Origin: Candidatus Aceula lacicola
GTDB taxonomy: Bacteria; Omnitrophota; Gorgyraeia; Zapsychrales; Aceulaceae
Assembly (NCBI GenBank): GCA_030765785.1
Contig: JAVCCC010000044.1
Span: 1,417 to 65,416 of the forward strand
DNA length: 64,000 nucleotides
Reading direction: 5' to 3'
Within the stretch, counting starts at the first letter, position 1, and each line of letters begins with the position of its first letter. This document shows positions 40,544 through 50,400 of the stretch, piece after piece. A program made the translations under genes and the position numbers. The notes below the pieces were generated by a model. That model saw only the letters and a list, made by a program, of their open reading frames with translations, searched no databases and was not told the DNA's origin.

Positions 40544-42556
40544 TTAAAACTCAAAACTAACACCTGAATAAAAGCTTCGCCCTTCAGCTGGGTAAAATCC
40601 TACGGCATTGCTTCCAAAAGAATAAACACCATACGCATTGTACATTCGACCTAATATATTTTTGACACTAAACCAAAATTTTATATTTTTATACTGATAA
40701 TCTAATTTAAAATTAAACGTAATATACGAATTCAATTTGGGCTGAACGTTAGCTTGATCACTAATGGCAAAACATTTGTCCACATAATTCATAGAAAATG
40801 TTGTGCTTAAATCATCAAGCGGATACACAGAAATGCCAGCTGAAACTTTATTTCGAGGCACAAATGGAACCTTATTCCCTGAATACGATCCTCCTTTTAA
40901 AAAGGCATCCTGATAAGTCCAGTTAACATATAGCTCTAAGAAATCTTCAAAAAACTTTGCCTTGCTGTTCACCTCAAAACCATAATGTCTTGTTTGAGGA
41001 TCGTAATTCGAATTTTTATATGTAATCGGATCATAATAAATTTCATTATCAATGTCCATCAAAAATATATTAGCATCTGCAAAAAACCCGGGCAAAGAGA
41101 CATCGCGAACACCAAGTTCATAGTTATGCGCCACTTGATGTTTTAAATTCGTATTGAGTCCCCCTCCGCTACCCCAAAAACCAGTATAAACGTTTTGATA
41201 ATATTCATCTGTTACTGGCAATCGGAATGACCTTGAATAATCAAAAAAAAGCTGAGAATCTTCATGATACTTATATCCTAATCCAAAACTAAAAGAACCA
41301 TCATTAATAGATTTTGAATCTTTGTTAACAGACACAGCCGTTTGATCAAAATCATACTCAGCCCATGTTCCTCGACCACCAAAACTAATTAAGAGCTTAT
41401 CTCTAATTTTAATATTTTCTAAAACATAAACGCCAATTGTTTGTTTTGTAATATCAACAAAATCTTGGGCTGAACGTTGATTTCCGCTTCGAACCTTATC
41501 TTTTGCACAAAAATAATCAAGCCCTATCGTTGTATCGCTAAAAATATCTTGAGTCATCATAGATTTTATCTGAAGCTTTGGGCGCAATTCAAAAGACTCA
41601 ATTTGATGAAGCGTTTCGTATCGTCCCCAGCTCGAAACAGACAATGACTTATTATCTCTTTTTCGATAAGAAAATGCCGAAGAAAATTCCATATCACTAT
41701 CTTTAATTGTAAAGCTTATTTTTGGCTCTACATTCACAAAATAATCAGATGTCCATCCTTTATCATCTGTATGCATTGTTCCTCTTCGCCCAACAGCATC
41801 AATATCTGTCGCAAAAAGAGCGCCAGGCATTCCATAGCGATCTCGATGATAACCCGTTGAGCATTCTAAAGAAAATCGATCGGTTAAGGAAAAAGATAAA
41901 TTAGAAAGATAATTATTAGACCAATAATCATTATTAGCTCGATAACCAGAAGATTGTTGATGAGAATAATCAAAGAAATAATCAATCTGCTTCGCTGTCC
42001 CGCTAGCGGATAAAAACGATTTCATATATTGATAACTGCCAATCTCTGTACCAATACGAAACGGCAATTCTGTCGCTTGATGCCCTTTTTTTGTAACAAT
42101 ATTAATAACACCCGCAGAAGCATTATCCCCATACAATACCGTCGAAGCTCCTTTTAAAATCTCAATATGATCAATAGAATCAAGACCAATCTGTCCCCAA
42201 TCCACCCCAGAAAGATCAACCTGATTCGTTCTTCGACCATCAATCAAAACAAGCACATTTGTTTTACTCGTTTCCCCAGAGCCACGAATGTCAATATTTA
42301 CTCCCTTAGGATTTCCTAAATAATCAGCAACAAAAACACCACTCTGCATTCCAATGATTTCCGGCACAGATGTAGCCGTTGATTGCTCGATATCTTCTCT
42401 CGTAATAATGGAAACGCCTTGCGTCACATCCGATATGTTTAAACTATTTCGACTCGCCAAAACATTAATCTTTCCTAAATCAAAATCATTGCTTCCCAGG
42501 CAAATATTTGGAATTAAAAAAAATGTTAATAATAAAAAACTTATTCTTTCTTTCAT
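40544..42556 (-). CDS. btuB: TonB-dependent cobalamin receptor
   Basis: Plug motifs IDIRG, VLVLIDG, IEILKGASTVLYG...GVINIVTK; C-terminal FEF; cobalamin riboswitch upstream. Confidence 0.88.
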   Translation of the reverse strand: MKERISFLLLTFFLIPNICLGSNDFDLGKINVLASRNSLNISDVTQGVSIITREDIEQSTATSVPEIIGMQSGVFVADYLGNPKGVNIDIRGSGETSKTNVLVLIDGRRTNQVDLSGVDWGQIGLDSIDHIEILKGASTVLYGDNASAGVINIVTKKGHQATELPFRIGTEIGSYQYMKSFLSASGTAKQIDYFFDYSHQQSSGYRANNDYWSNNYLSNLSFSLTDRFSLECSTGYHRDRYGMPGALFATDIDAVGRRGTMHTDDKGWTSDYFVNVEPKISFTIKDSDMEFSSAFSYRKRDNKSLSVSSWGRYETLHQIESFELRPKLQIKSMMTQDIFSDTTIGLDYFCAKDKVRSGNQRSAQDFVDITKQTIGVYVLENIKIRDKLLISFGGRGTWAEYDFDQTAVSVNKDSKSINDGSFSFGLGYKYHEDSQLFFDYSRSFRLPVTDEYYQNVYTGFWGSGGGLNTNLKHQVAHNYELGVRDVSLPGFFADANIFLMDIDNEIYYDPITYKNSNYDPQTRHYGFEVNSKAKFFEDFLELYVNWTYQDAFLKGGSYSGNKVPFVPRNKVSAGISVYPLDDLSTTFSMNYVDKCFAISDQANVQPKLNSYITFNFKLDYQYKNIKFWFSVKNILGRMYNAYGVYSFGSNAVGFYPAEGRSFYSGVSFEF

Positions 42557-42628
42557 TTTTATCCTTTTTTAAAAAATAATTCTTTGTTGAAGATGTTCTG
42601 TCAAGCTAATCTAAGAAATTAACGAAAC

Positions 42629-42730
42629 ATCCTTCATCGTCTCGCTAATTTTAGAGACTCCTCAGGATTATCTATCTGCCTTTTCTTAAAAACATTAACA
42701 AAATACATCCTTCGCAAAAACGCTCAGGAT
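42629..42730. repeat. Two REP-like hairpins, ATCCTTC...CTCAGGAT
   Basis: ATCCTTCATCGTCTCGCTAATTTTAGAGACTCCTCAGGAT (42629-42668) and ATCCTTCGCAAAAACGCTCAGGAT (42707-42730). Confidence 0.7.
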
Positions 42731-42770
42731 CTTCTTTTTATCTGCTCTAAGAAACAATATAAGGTAGATA

Positions 42771-42805
42771 AAAAAACTCCCAACCAAAAAATTCAGCTGG
42801 GAGTG
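42771..42805 (-). terminator. Riboswitch-controlled intrinsic terminator
   Basis: Minus strand CACTCCCAGC...GTTGGGAG-TTTTTT, between the aptamer and btuB. Confidence 0.75.
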
Positions 42806-42872
42806 CATCCTCGAAACTCTAGTCCTCAACATTTATCCGTATGCCATTCTCTCGCGGCATATAAATATATAA

Positions 42873-42986
42873 TTTTAGGCAGGCGTTCTGGCTCCTAGAA
42901 GACATTCTAGTTACAGTAGCGGGACTGCATCTGATTCTCACAGATTTTCCCTCTTAAGTTCTAAATTTCTTTAGAGACACCTAAAA
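42873..42986 (-). ncRNA. Cobalamin riboswitch
   Basis: TTTAGGTG...TTAAGAGGGAA-AATCTG-TGAGAAT-CAGAT-GCAGTCCCGC-TACTGTAA...GAGCCAGAACGCCTGCCTAAA, including the B12 box. Confidence 0.93.
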
Positions 42987-42996
42987 TAAAAAAATT

Positions 42997-43494
42997 TTAA
43001 AGAACATACGCAAAACAAGTTTGTTTTATTCGTTTCACTAAAAACTCATAAACTCCAAAGAATACAATACTATATCCAACCGTGCTCAAAAGAGTCATTC
43101 TAAAAAATGGAATCGCAAGCGTAAAACAGGTCGCCAACCCTTTAAGTGTTAATGGATAATATCCTGAAAGCCAAACACCGAAGTTTGTAATCACAAAGAA
43201 AGCAAATGCTGATGCAGCGCTAGACACAACAACATTCTTTGCACTTTTCTTGTTTCGAAGCCAAAGTCCAATTGCGGATATCAGAAATAAACTACCCCAC
43301 GTAAAAAGCATCACAGAATGTATTCCTAGTATGATGTCTGTTGCCATCATTAAAAGAATAGGAAAAAACATTGCATATTTCTTGTCTAAATAAACACCGC
43401 CAAAAAGCACAAGTGCGAGGACTGGCGTAAAATTTGCCGGATGAACAACAAACCGCATCGTAACACCAAAAATTAATAATCCAAATGCTAACAT
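42997..43494 (-). CDS. Small membrane protein, DUF6580-like putative transporter
   Basis: RFVVHPANFTPVLALVLFGG...FFVITNFGVW...CFTLAIPFF; 5-6 TMs. Confidence 0.75.
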   Translation of the reverse strand: MLAFGLLIFGVTMRFVVHPANFTPVLALVLFGGVYLDKKYAMFFPILLMMATDIILGIHSVMLFTWGSLFLISAIGLWLRNKKSAKNVVVSSAASAFAFFVITNFGVWLSGYYPLTLKGLATCFTLAIPFFRMTLLSTVGYSIVFFGVYEFLVKRIKQTCFAYVL

Positions 43495-43573
43495 AAAAAT
43501 AACTCCTTTTCTTAAATCTTAATCACTGTAATACTAATTTTTAATAAAATTAATTCGAAAATATCCAAAAACT

Positions 43574-44287
43574 CTATTGCATCGGAATAAGCCACTCAAT
43601 TTCCTTTAAGAGCTCTTCAATCTTAAAAGGTTTTGTCATATATTTTTGTGCACCCACAACTTTACCAATAAGACGATCTGCATCATCTTGAAGTGCCGTT
43701 AACATAATGATTGGAATGGATTCATCCTTGCTTTCCCGACGAATCTTTCGACAGACTTCAAATCCATTTAACTTTGGCATTTTTAAATCAAGCACAATTA
43801 AATCTGGTGCCTCTGTTAAATATTTTCGATATCCCTCTTCACCGTCAAATGCTACCACCGTCTCATATCCCTCCTTCTTAAAATAAGCTTGCAAAAGAGA
43901 AACCAGATCTTCCTCATCATCAATAATTAAAATTTTCTTTTTTCGATCGGACAAAACAATCATTTGTTCACAAAAGAATTTAAAAAACTTCTTTTCATCT
44001 TCACTGTCTGTTTTAGAAATTTTGACACCAATTCGATATAAATCAAAATCATCAAGTTTTAACGCCCAGATAGCCACCGCTTTCAGCAAAACCTCCTCAC
44101 CATCTTTTACTTGAACAAACAGATCGATTTCTTCTCCATTTTCTATCTTCAGCCCTGAACGAAAACAAATACCTTCTGCGCTTAAGTTAACGGTTGTTGT
44201 TTCAAAGAATTCCTCTGAAATACTAGAAATTTTAAACCGCCCAGAGAAATTAACATCTACTCTCTTATACGCTCTTTTTTCTGTCAT
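43574..44287 (-). CDS. PilZ-receiver fusion response regulator
   Basis: RAYKR and NLSAEG PilZ motifs; REC with IIDD, VLDLKMP, LTA, TKPF. Confidence 0.9.
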   Translation of the reverse strand: MTEKRAYKRVDVNFSGRFKISSISEEFFETTTVNLSAEGICFRSGLKIENGEEIDLFVQVKDGEEVLLKAVAIWALKLDDFDLYRIGVKISKTDSEDEKKFFKFFCEQMIVLSDRKKKILIIDDEEDLVSLLQAYFKKEGYETVVAFDGEEGYRKYLTEAPDLIVLDLKMPKLNGFEVCRKIRRESKDESIPIIMLTALQDDADRLIGKVVGAQKYMTKPFKIEELLKEIEWLIPMQ

Positions 44288-44289
44288 TT

Positions 44290-45207
44290 CTAAATATCTC
44301 CTTCTAACAAGGCATCAATTCGCTCCAAAAGCTGACTCTCACCATCATAAACAAGAATTGAAACTCCTTTTTTGTTTAATATTTCCTTTTTTCTTTTCTC
44401 AAGCCCAAGACCTCCGTAGACAATAACCGGGATATCCTGCGTACGCTCTGCGCCTCTTAAAAGATCAATAAGATTATCAGCGCGCATTTCACAAAGAATC
44501 TCTTTTATAAAAATAACATTTGGCAAATAGCTAATAGCCCCTTCCAAACACTTCGAAGGATTTCGAGCAATGTGAGCAAGAAGTCCATTCTTAAAAAAGA
44601 TTTCTTCAACCTTAGCGCAAAGTTGATCATCATCTTCAGCCAAAAGAATTTTATAAACTTTTTTTCTTTTTTTCACTGAAAGAGAAGCGCCTCCAATGAG
44701 GACACCTCCATCATCACCCTCTTCTTGCTGTCCAATAACGCCTTCAATCATAGATTCAGGCGTACTAACGCTATCCAAAGAATCTTGTTCCTTCAATTTC
44801 TCAATTTTCTCTTTTTGCGCACCATAATCTTTTAAATCTCGCCTTATGACATGTTCGATTTGCTGAACCACCTCGTTGATTTTAAACGGCTTCTCTAAAA
44901 AACCGTCAACCTTAACGACCTCAAAATAATCTCTCATACCAGCGCGTGCGGTTAAAATAATGAACGGAATATTTTTTCCAAAATCTGTTTCTTTTAATTC
45001 TTTTAAAAAATCATTCCCACTTTTCTTTGGCATAAGAACATCCGATAAAATAACATCCGGACGGACTTTCTCAGTCAACGCAAGGGCTTCCTCACCATCA
45101 GCTGCCTGGTAAACTTCATATCCTTGTTTCTCGAGTTCTTCAGCAATTAAAATCCGCAGATCTTTTTCATCCTCAGCTAAAAGAACTTTAATCTTTTTCA
45201 TACTCAT
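44290..45207 (-). CDS. Tandem receiver-domain protein (second REC degenerate)
   Basis: REC1 has AEDE, SDVLMP, KPF. REC2 has AEDD, but the phospho-Asp position reads IFIKE and KP is absent. Confidence 0.85.
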   Translation of the reverse strand: MSMKKIKVLLAEDEKDLRILIAEELEKQGYEVYQAADGEEALALTEKVRPDVILSDVLMPKKSGNDFLKELKETDFGKNIPFIILTARAGMRDYFEVVKVDGFLEKPFKINEVVQQIEHVIRRDLKDYGAQKEKIEKLKEQDSLDSVSTPESMIEGVIGQQEEGDDGGVLIGGASLSVKKRKKVYKILLAEDDDQLCAKVEEIFFKNGLLAHIARNPSKCLEGAISYLPNVIFIKEILCEMRADNLIDLLRGAERTQDIPVIVYGGLGLEKRKKEILNKKGVSILVYDGESQLLERIDALLEGDI

Positions 45208-45209
45208 AT

Positions 45210-45680
45210 TTAGAAATCTCCTAAAATTTTCCGAACAAGCCCTAAAAGAGTTTCTCTTGAAAAAGGCTTTTCTAAATACATTATACTCTCAAAATTTTGC
45301 GCTTTCTTAAAAATTTCTCCAACCATACGTTTTGGCGTTGGCATCTTCTTTCGATCAATCCTATCCTTAGAAATCCCCTGCTTGTCCAACTCTTCTTTTT
45401 CTAAATAAGTAGCTTCCCCTAACCCGCTTGTAATAACAACTGGAATTTTATCCGTTTCGGAATTTTGCCTTAAAAGGCGGAGAACTTCATCACCCCTCAT
45501 TTTAGGCATAACGTAATCTAAAAAAATTAAATCCGGCTTTTTTTCTAAAACAATATAATACCCTTCTTCGCCATCTAATGCGGTATCAACTTCAAAGGGT
45601 CCCATGCCTTCTAAAAGTGATTTCATAAGAAAACAAAAATCTTTTTCGTCATCAATAATAACAATTTTCTTCTTTTCCAT
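45210..45680 (-). CDS. Single-domain response regulator with an insertion
   Basis: IIDDE, FLDYVMP, ITSG...EKPF, with a long insert before KP. Confidence 0.88.
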   Translation of the reverse strand: MEKKKIVIIDDEKDFCFLMKSLLEGMGPFEVDTALDGEEGYYIVLEKKPDLIFLDYVMPKMRGDEVLRLLRQNSETDKIPVVITSGLGEATYLEKEELDKQGISKDRIDRKKMPTPKRMVGEIFKKAQNFESIMYLEKPFSRETLLGLVRKILGDF

Positions 45681-45694
45681 AAAAATCCTTTCTT

Positions 45695-47407
45695 TTACTT
45701 AGCAGAAAAAGGAATACGAATAATAAATTTAGTGCCCTTGCCTTCTTCGCTTTCCACTTCGATCGTTGCATGATGTTTCTCTAAAATCATATAAACGGTG
45801 CTCAAACCCAATCCGGTTCCTCTTCCTTGTTCTTTTGTTGTATAAAAAGGTTCGAAAATTCTAGACATCACTTCTTTGGACATGCCTGGACCCGTATCTG
45901 ATACCTCTACAACAATCTGATCTTTTTGCGTTTTATCTTTCTCTAAACATGTCTTAACAAAAATGTCTCCTGCGCCCTCTATGGCGTCTCCAGCATTAAG
46001 CAAAAGATTAAAAAAAACCTGTTCCATTAGAATCTTATCCGCAAAAATTATTATTTCTTGGATAAAACACTCCCAATGAAAAATAATATTTTTAGATTTA
46101 AACACATTTTTCGCTAATAAAGTTGCGTTATTAAGAATTTCTTCAACAGAAACTTCTTCCATCTTAATGTCCGAAGAACGAGAAAAATTTAGAAGCTGCA
46201 CAACAACACTATTTGCACGCTCAGCCGCCTCTTTAATCATTTTTAAATGACTCCTTGTCTTCTCATCGGATTCAGCGATCTCATGATCTAGAGACCCTAC
46301 GCTAAGCAAAATAATAGCCAGAGGATTTTTAACTTCATGAGCCACTCCTGCAGACAACTGCCCAACGGCTGCCATTTTCTCTGATTGTAAAATCTGACCC
46401 TGCGCTTCCTTCAGTTGCTTTTGCTGCTTAAAAAACTTTGATATTAATCGCGCAATAACACCAAACTCTGCGCCACTTTTTTCTAAATCCTCAAGCTGAT
46501 CAACTTCTTCACAAGACAATGCTTTCGAAATTTTTCCTAAAGGCTTTGAAATCCAAACAAATCCAAACAAAAAGAAAAATATCAAAAAAGAAATTATAGA
46601 TACGATAAAATAATAAAAATTCTTTTGTTTTGATCTTAAAAGATAGTCTGCCAAAGGATACTGTGTTCGAAAAACAAGAGATCCAACAGCCTCTCCATCA
46701 AATCCATACAACTCTCTATAAATATAAAAAACATCTTCCAAGTCACGATGGAGCTCCTTAACGTCCTCATCTTTATACGATAACCGATCCATTAAAAAAA
46801 CATTTCCCTCCATTAGCTGAGAAAAATTTTCAACAAATTCATTATTTAAAGCACGCGCAACCAAAAAATATCCTCTCGGAGGAGTCTTTCGATCAACATC
46901 AGAGGTAGGATGAATTGTTGCCCCTCGAACCTCTAGAGGTCCCTCTTTAGACCATACAAAAAAATCGACAAAATGTTCACTATACAATTTTTCTTTAATT
47001 TTATTAAAAGAAATAGGAAATTCCTTTAAAAAACCCTCTTCCTCCTCCTGAATAGAATAAATAAGCCTTGAGTCTAAATCGTAAACCCAAGCAAACTGAA
47101 TATCATAAGTTTCCATAGCATTACCGATATTTTCTTCAGCCCATTCTTCAGCCTCTTCATCTGTTTGATTTTTTCGCTCTATAAGATCAACCATTTCATC
47201 CCAATAAGTATAATCAAAAGAAATTGCATCTAAAGAGTTTCCTTTAAGATTAAAAATCTCATTAAAAAAGTACGTTGTGTGTTCTTTGCGATCTTCCAGA
47301 ATAGTAAAAAACTCTTTTTGCTGAATTTGATCGATAAAAAATAATCCCACCGAAAAAAATACAATTGTTAACAATAAAAACAAAACAAGTTTTACTTGTA
47401 TCTTCAT
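45695..47407 (-). CDS. Membrane sensor histidine kinase (CHASE4-like sensor)
   Basis: DYTYWDEM periplasmic motif, H-box AHEVKNPL, and N, G1, F, G2 boxes. Confidence 0.92.
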   Translation of the reverse strand: MKIQVKLVLFLLLTIVFFSVGLFFIDQIQQKEFFTILEDRKEHTTYFFNEIFNLKGNSLDAISFDYTYWDEMVDLIERKNQTDEEAEEWAEENIGNAMETYDIQFAWVYDLDSRLIYSIQEEEEGFLKEFPISFNKIKEKLYSEHFVDFFVWSKEGPLEVRGATIHPTSDVDRKTPPRGYFLVARALNNEFVENFSQLMEGNVFLMDRLSYKDEDVKELHRDLEDVFYIYRELYGFDGEAVGSLVFRTQYPLADYLLRSKQKNFYYFIVSIISFLIFFFLFGFVWISKPLGKISKALSCEEVDQLEDLEKSGAEFGVIARLISKFFKQQKQLKEAQGQILQSEKMAAVGQLSAGVAHEVKNPLAIILLSVGSLDHEIAESDEKTRSHLKMIKEAAERANSVVVQLLNFSRSSDIKMEEVSVEEILNNATLLAKNVFKSKNIIFHWECFIQEIIIFADKILMEQVFFNLLLNAGDAIEGAGDIFVKTCLEKDKTQKDQIVVEVSDTGPGMSKEVMSRIFEPFYTTKEQGRGTGLGLSTVYMILEKHHATIEVESEEGKGTKFIIRIPFSAK

Positions 47408-47434
47408 ATTTTCTCCTATAACAAAAACATTTGG

Positions 47435-50400
47435 TTATCCAATGCTTGTAATTGGAAAAGTGACAAAAAACTTAGTCCCTTTACCAACTTCGCTCTCAAC
47501 GCTTATCTTGCCGCCATGCCTTTCGAGAATCATATACGCCGTGCTTAAGCCAAGTCCAGTTCCCTTGCCCGGTTCTTTTGTCGTATAAAATGGTTCAAAG
47601 ATTTTCTTTTGAACCTCTTCTGTCATTCCTTCTCCTGTATCTAAAACCTCAATAATCACTTCTTTTTTATTTTCCTCTGCAATTTCTGAAACATATGTCT
47701 TTACTCTAATCTCTCCATTGCTTTCAATAGCATCAGCAGCATTGCCGAATAGATTAAAAAAAACTTGTTCAAGCAAAATTTTGTCAGCCTGCACGACAAC
47801 GTCTTTGTTTATGAATTCCGTATTAAAAACAACATCTTTATTTTTTAGTGTTCTTCCGACGAGCGAAATAACATTATTTAATGCCTGATGTAAAGAAACG
47901 TCAGATAACTCAAGCTGAGAGTATCTTGAAAAGTTAAGAAGTTCCACAACAACCTTGTTTGCGCGCTCAGCCGCATCATTGATCATCTTCAGATGTTTTT
48001 TCCCTTCGCCACCTAAATCTCGTATCGTTGACTCTAGCGCGCCAACACTCAACAAAATAATGGCTAAAGGATTTTTCACTTCATGGGCAACACCCGCAGA
48101 AAGCTGACCAATAGCTGCCATCTTTTCTGACTGCAAAAGTTGCTGCTGCGCTTCTTTTAGCCGCTTATGTACCTTTTGAAGATCTAAAAACATCGATTCA
48201 AGCTTCTGCTCTGCATCTTTGCGCTCTGTGACATCTACTCCAACACATAAAATTTCCTTTATGCCAGAATCTACCACAATAGCTTTATTTGTCCAAGCAA
48301 CCCACATCCTGCTTCCGTCTTTACGCATATTTTGATTTTCATTACTCGCATATCTCTCTGAATAACTACAAATGTCATCAATCATGCGCCTTAAATCTTG
48401 GCCCGAATCATCCGTAGCCGGAACAATCGTTCCGATAACACTCTTTCCTAAAATTTCGTTTTCTTCGTACCCGAAAAATTTCTGAGCGAAATCATTTACA
48501 AAAGAAATTTTTCCTTCTTCATCCATGCGCAAAATAATACTATTAGCACTTTGAACAAGCTCTCGATATTTTTCCTCACTCTTTTTAAGTGCCTTCTCAT
48601 CCCCCTTACGTTTTGTCACATCACTCATTGTTCCAATCATCCGATTGGCAACACCCTGTTCGTCTACCAAAAAGACACCGTGCTCCTCAATATAAATATA
48701 CTTACCATCCTTTTTACACAATTGATATTCAATGTCATAAGGTTGCAAATCTTTCATTTTCTCGTTAAGCGCAGTTACAGTCTCAGCTCTATCGTCTGGG
48801 TGAATATATTGAACCCATTCCGCCAAACCAACATGTGCATACTCTTCTGGGGTGTATCCTGTTACTTCTTCAATAGCGCCTAACCAATAAATTTTTCCTG
48901 AAATAATATCATAGTCATAAACAAGCTGCCCAGTCTGTTCAGCCATAATACGATAACGATTTTCACTTGTGACAAGATCTTCCTCTGTCTGAATGCGTGC
49001 AATCACACCTCCTAAACGCGAGGCAATAATTTCAATAGCATTACGCGTTAAAAGAGAAGTCGCTTTGTGAAAATGAGAAGCAAGAAAAATAACGGATACC
49101 ACTTCTCCTCGATCTTCAACAGGAATAATTGCCATGGCGCGCAGACCTTCATTGTGACGAATTTCATCCATTTCAGATGCAATTTCTGAATGAAGCCCAT
49201 AAACCGCACGTCCTTCTAAAACAGACTGAACTTTGTTCATATTGATATTTAAATTCTCGCAAGTAGCTGCAAATTCCTCAGTAAACCCTTTTTGAATAAT
49301 CATTTGAGGCTCTTTTGTTTCCCTTCCAATCAAATAAATGCCACCGCAATCAAACTCTTCAATTTGCAACATAATATGAAGAAAGTCTTCAGCGGCATTC
49401 TTTAAGCTATGCCTCGAAGATAGCATAATCCCCAAATCTCTTTGAAGAGATATAACCTTCTCATTCTTCCTGCGATCTGTGACATCCTCCCCTGAACTTA
49501 AAATACCGATACACTTGCCGTCTTCTCCTTTAAGTACTGAATTGCTCCAAAGAATGACTTTTTCTTCTCCTCGCTTCGTTAAGATAGAATTTTCATAATA
49601 ACGTAAAAGTTCCGATTCTCCAGCTATCAAGCGATTATGAACTTCTTTAATTCGCCCTGCGCTCTTATGAGGCAAAAATAAATCAAACCAGTTCTTCCCA
49701 AATATTTCTTCTTTTTTATAGCCTAAAATTTCACATCCTCTCTCGTTGATCAAAACAATGTTTCCCTCTTTGTCTAGCGCGACCATCATCACGCCGGCAA
49801 CATCCAAATATTGTTTCGTTAAATCTTTTTCTCTTCGAAGGGCTTGCTCAACCTTCTCTCGATTCAAAACTTCACAATCAAGATCATTCTTGCTTGCCGT
49901 AATATCTTTAAGATTTATCGTCATCCGATTAAACGCTTCAGCCAATTCACCAAACTCATCCTGCACGTCAATCTGAATCACTGTATCCAAATTTCCTTTT
50001 CCTATTTCCGATGCCGCATTCTTAAGCTTAATCAGCTCTTTTGAAATCGAATTAGAAATCAAGAAACCGATAAGAACAGATAACGCCATAGAAATTAAAG
50101 AGACCAAAAGCATAATACTTTTTATCCGATTCACATCAGAAAAAACTTCATTACCTTGATAAGACGAAACTAAAAGCCATCCTAACCCCTTGTAATCACC
50201 AAACCCTTTCGATTGCGAGTAGGAAACAAGCTTTACTTCTCGATCTTTTTCTTTTACAACAAAATAACGAGGCTGGGCATGCAAAAATTGTTCAAAAAAC
50301 GAAAAAGAACCCTGAACAGAAGCTGTTTTTACGGGATGCATCTTAAAAGGGTAGATTAATTCTCCATTTCTTGTAAAAAGCTGAAAATCTGGAATCGCAA

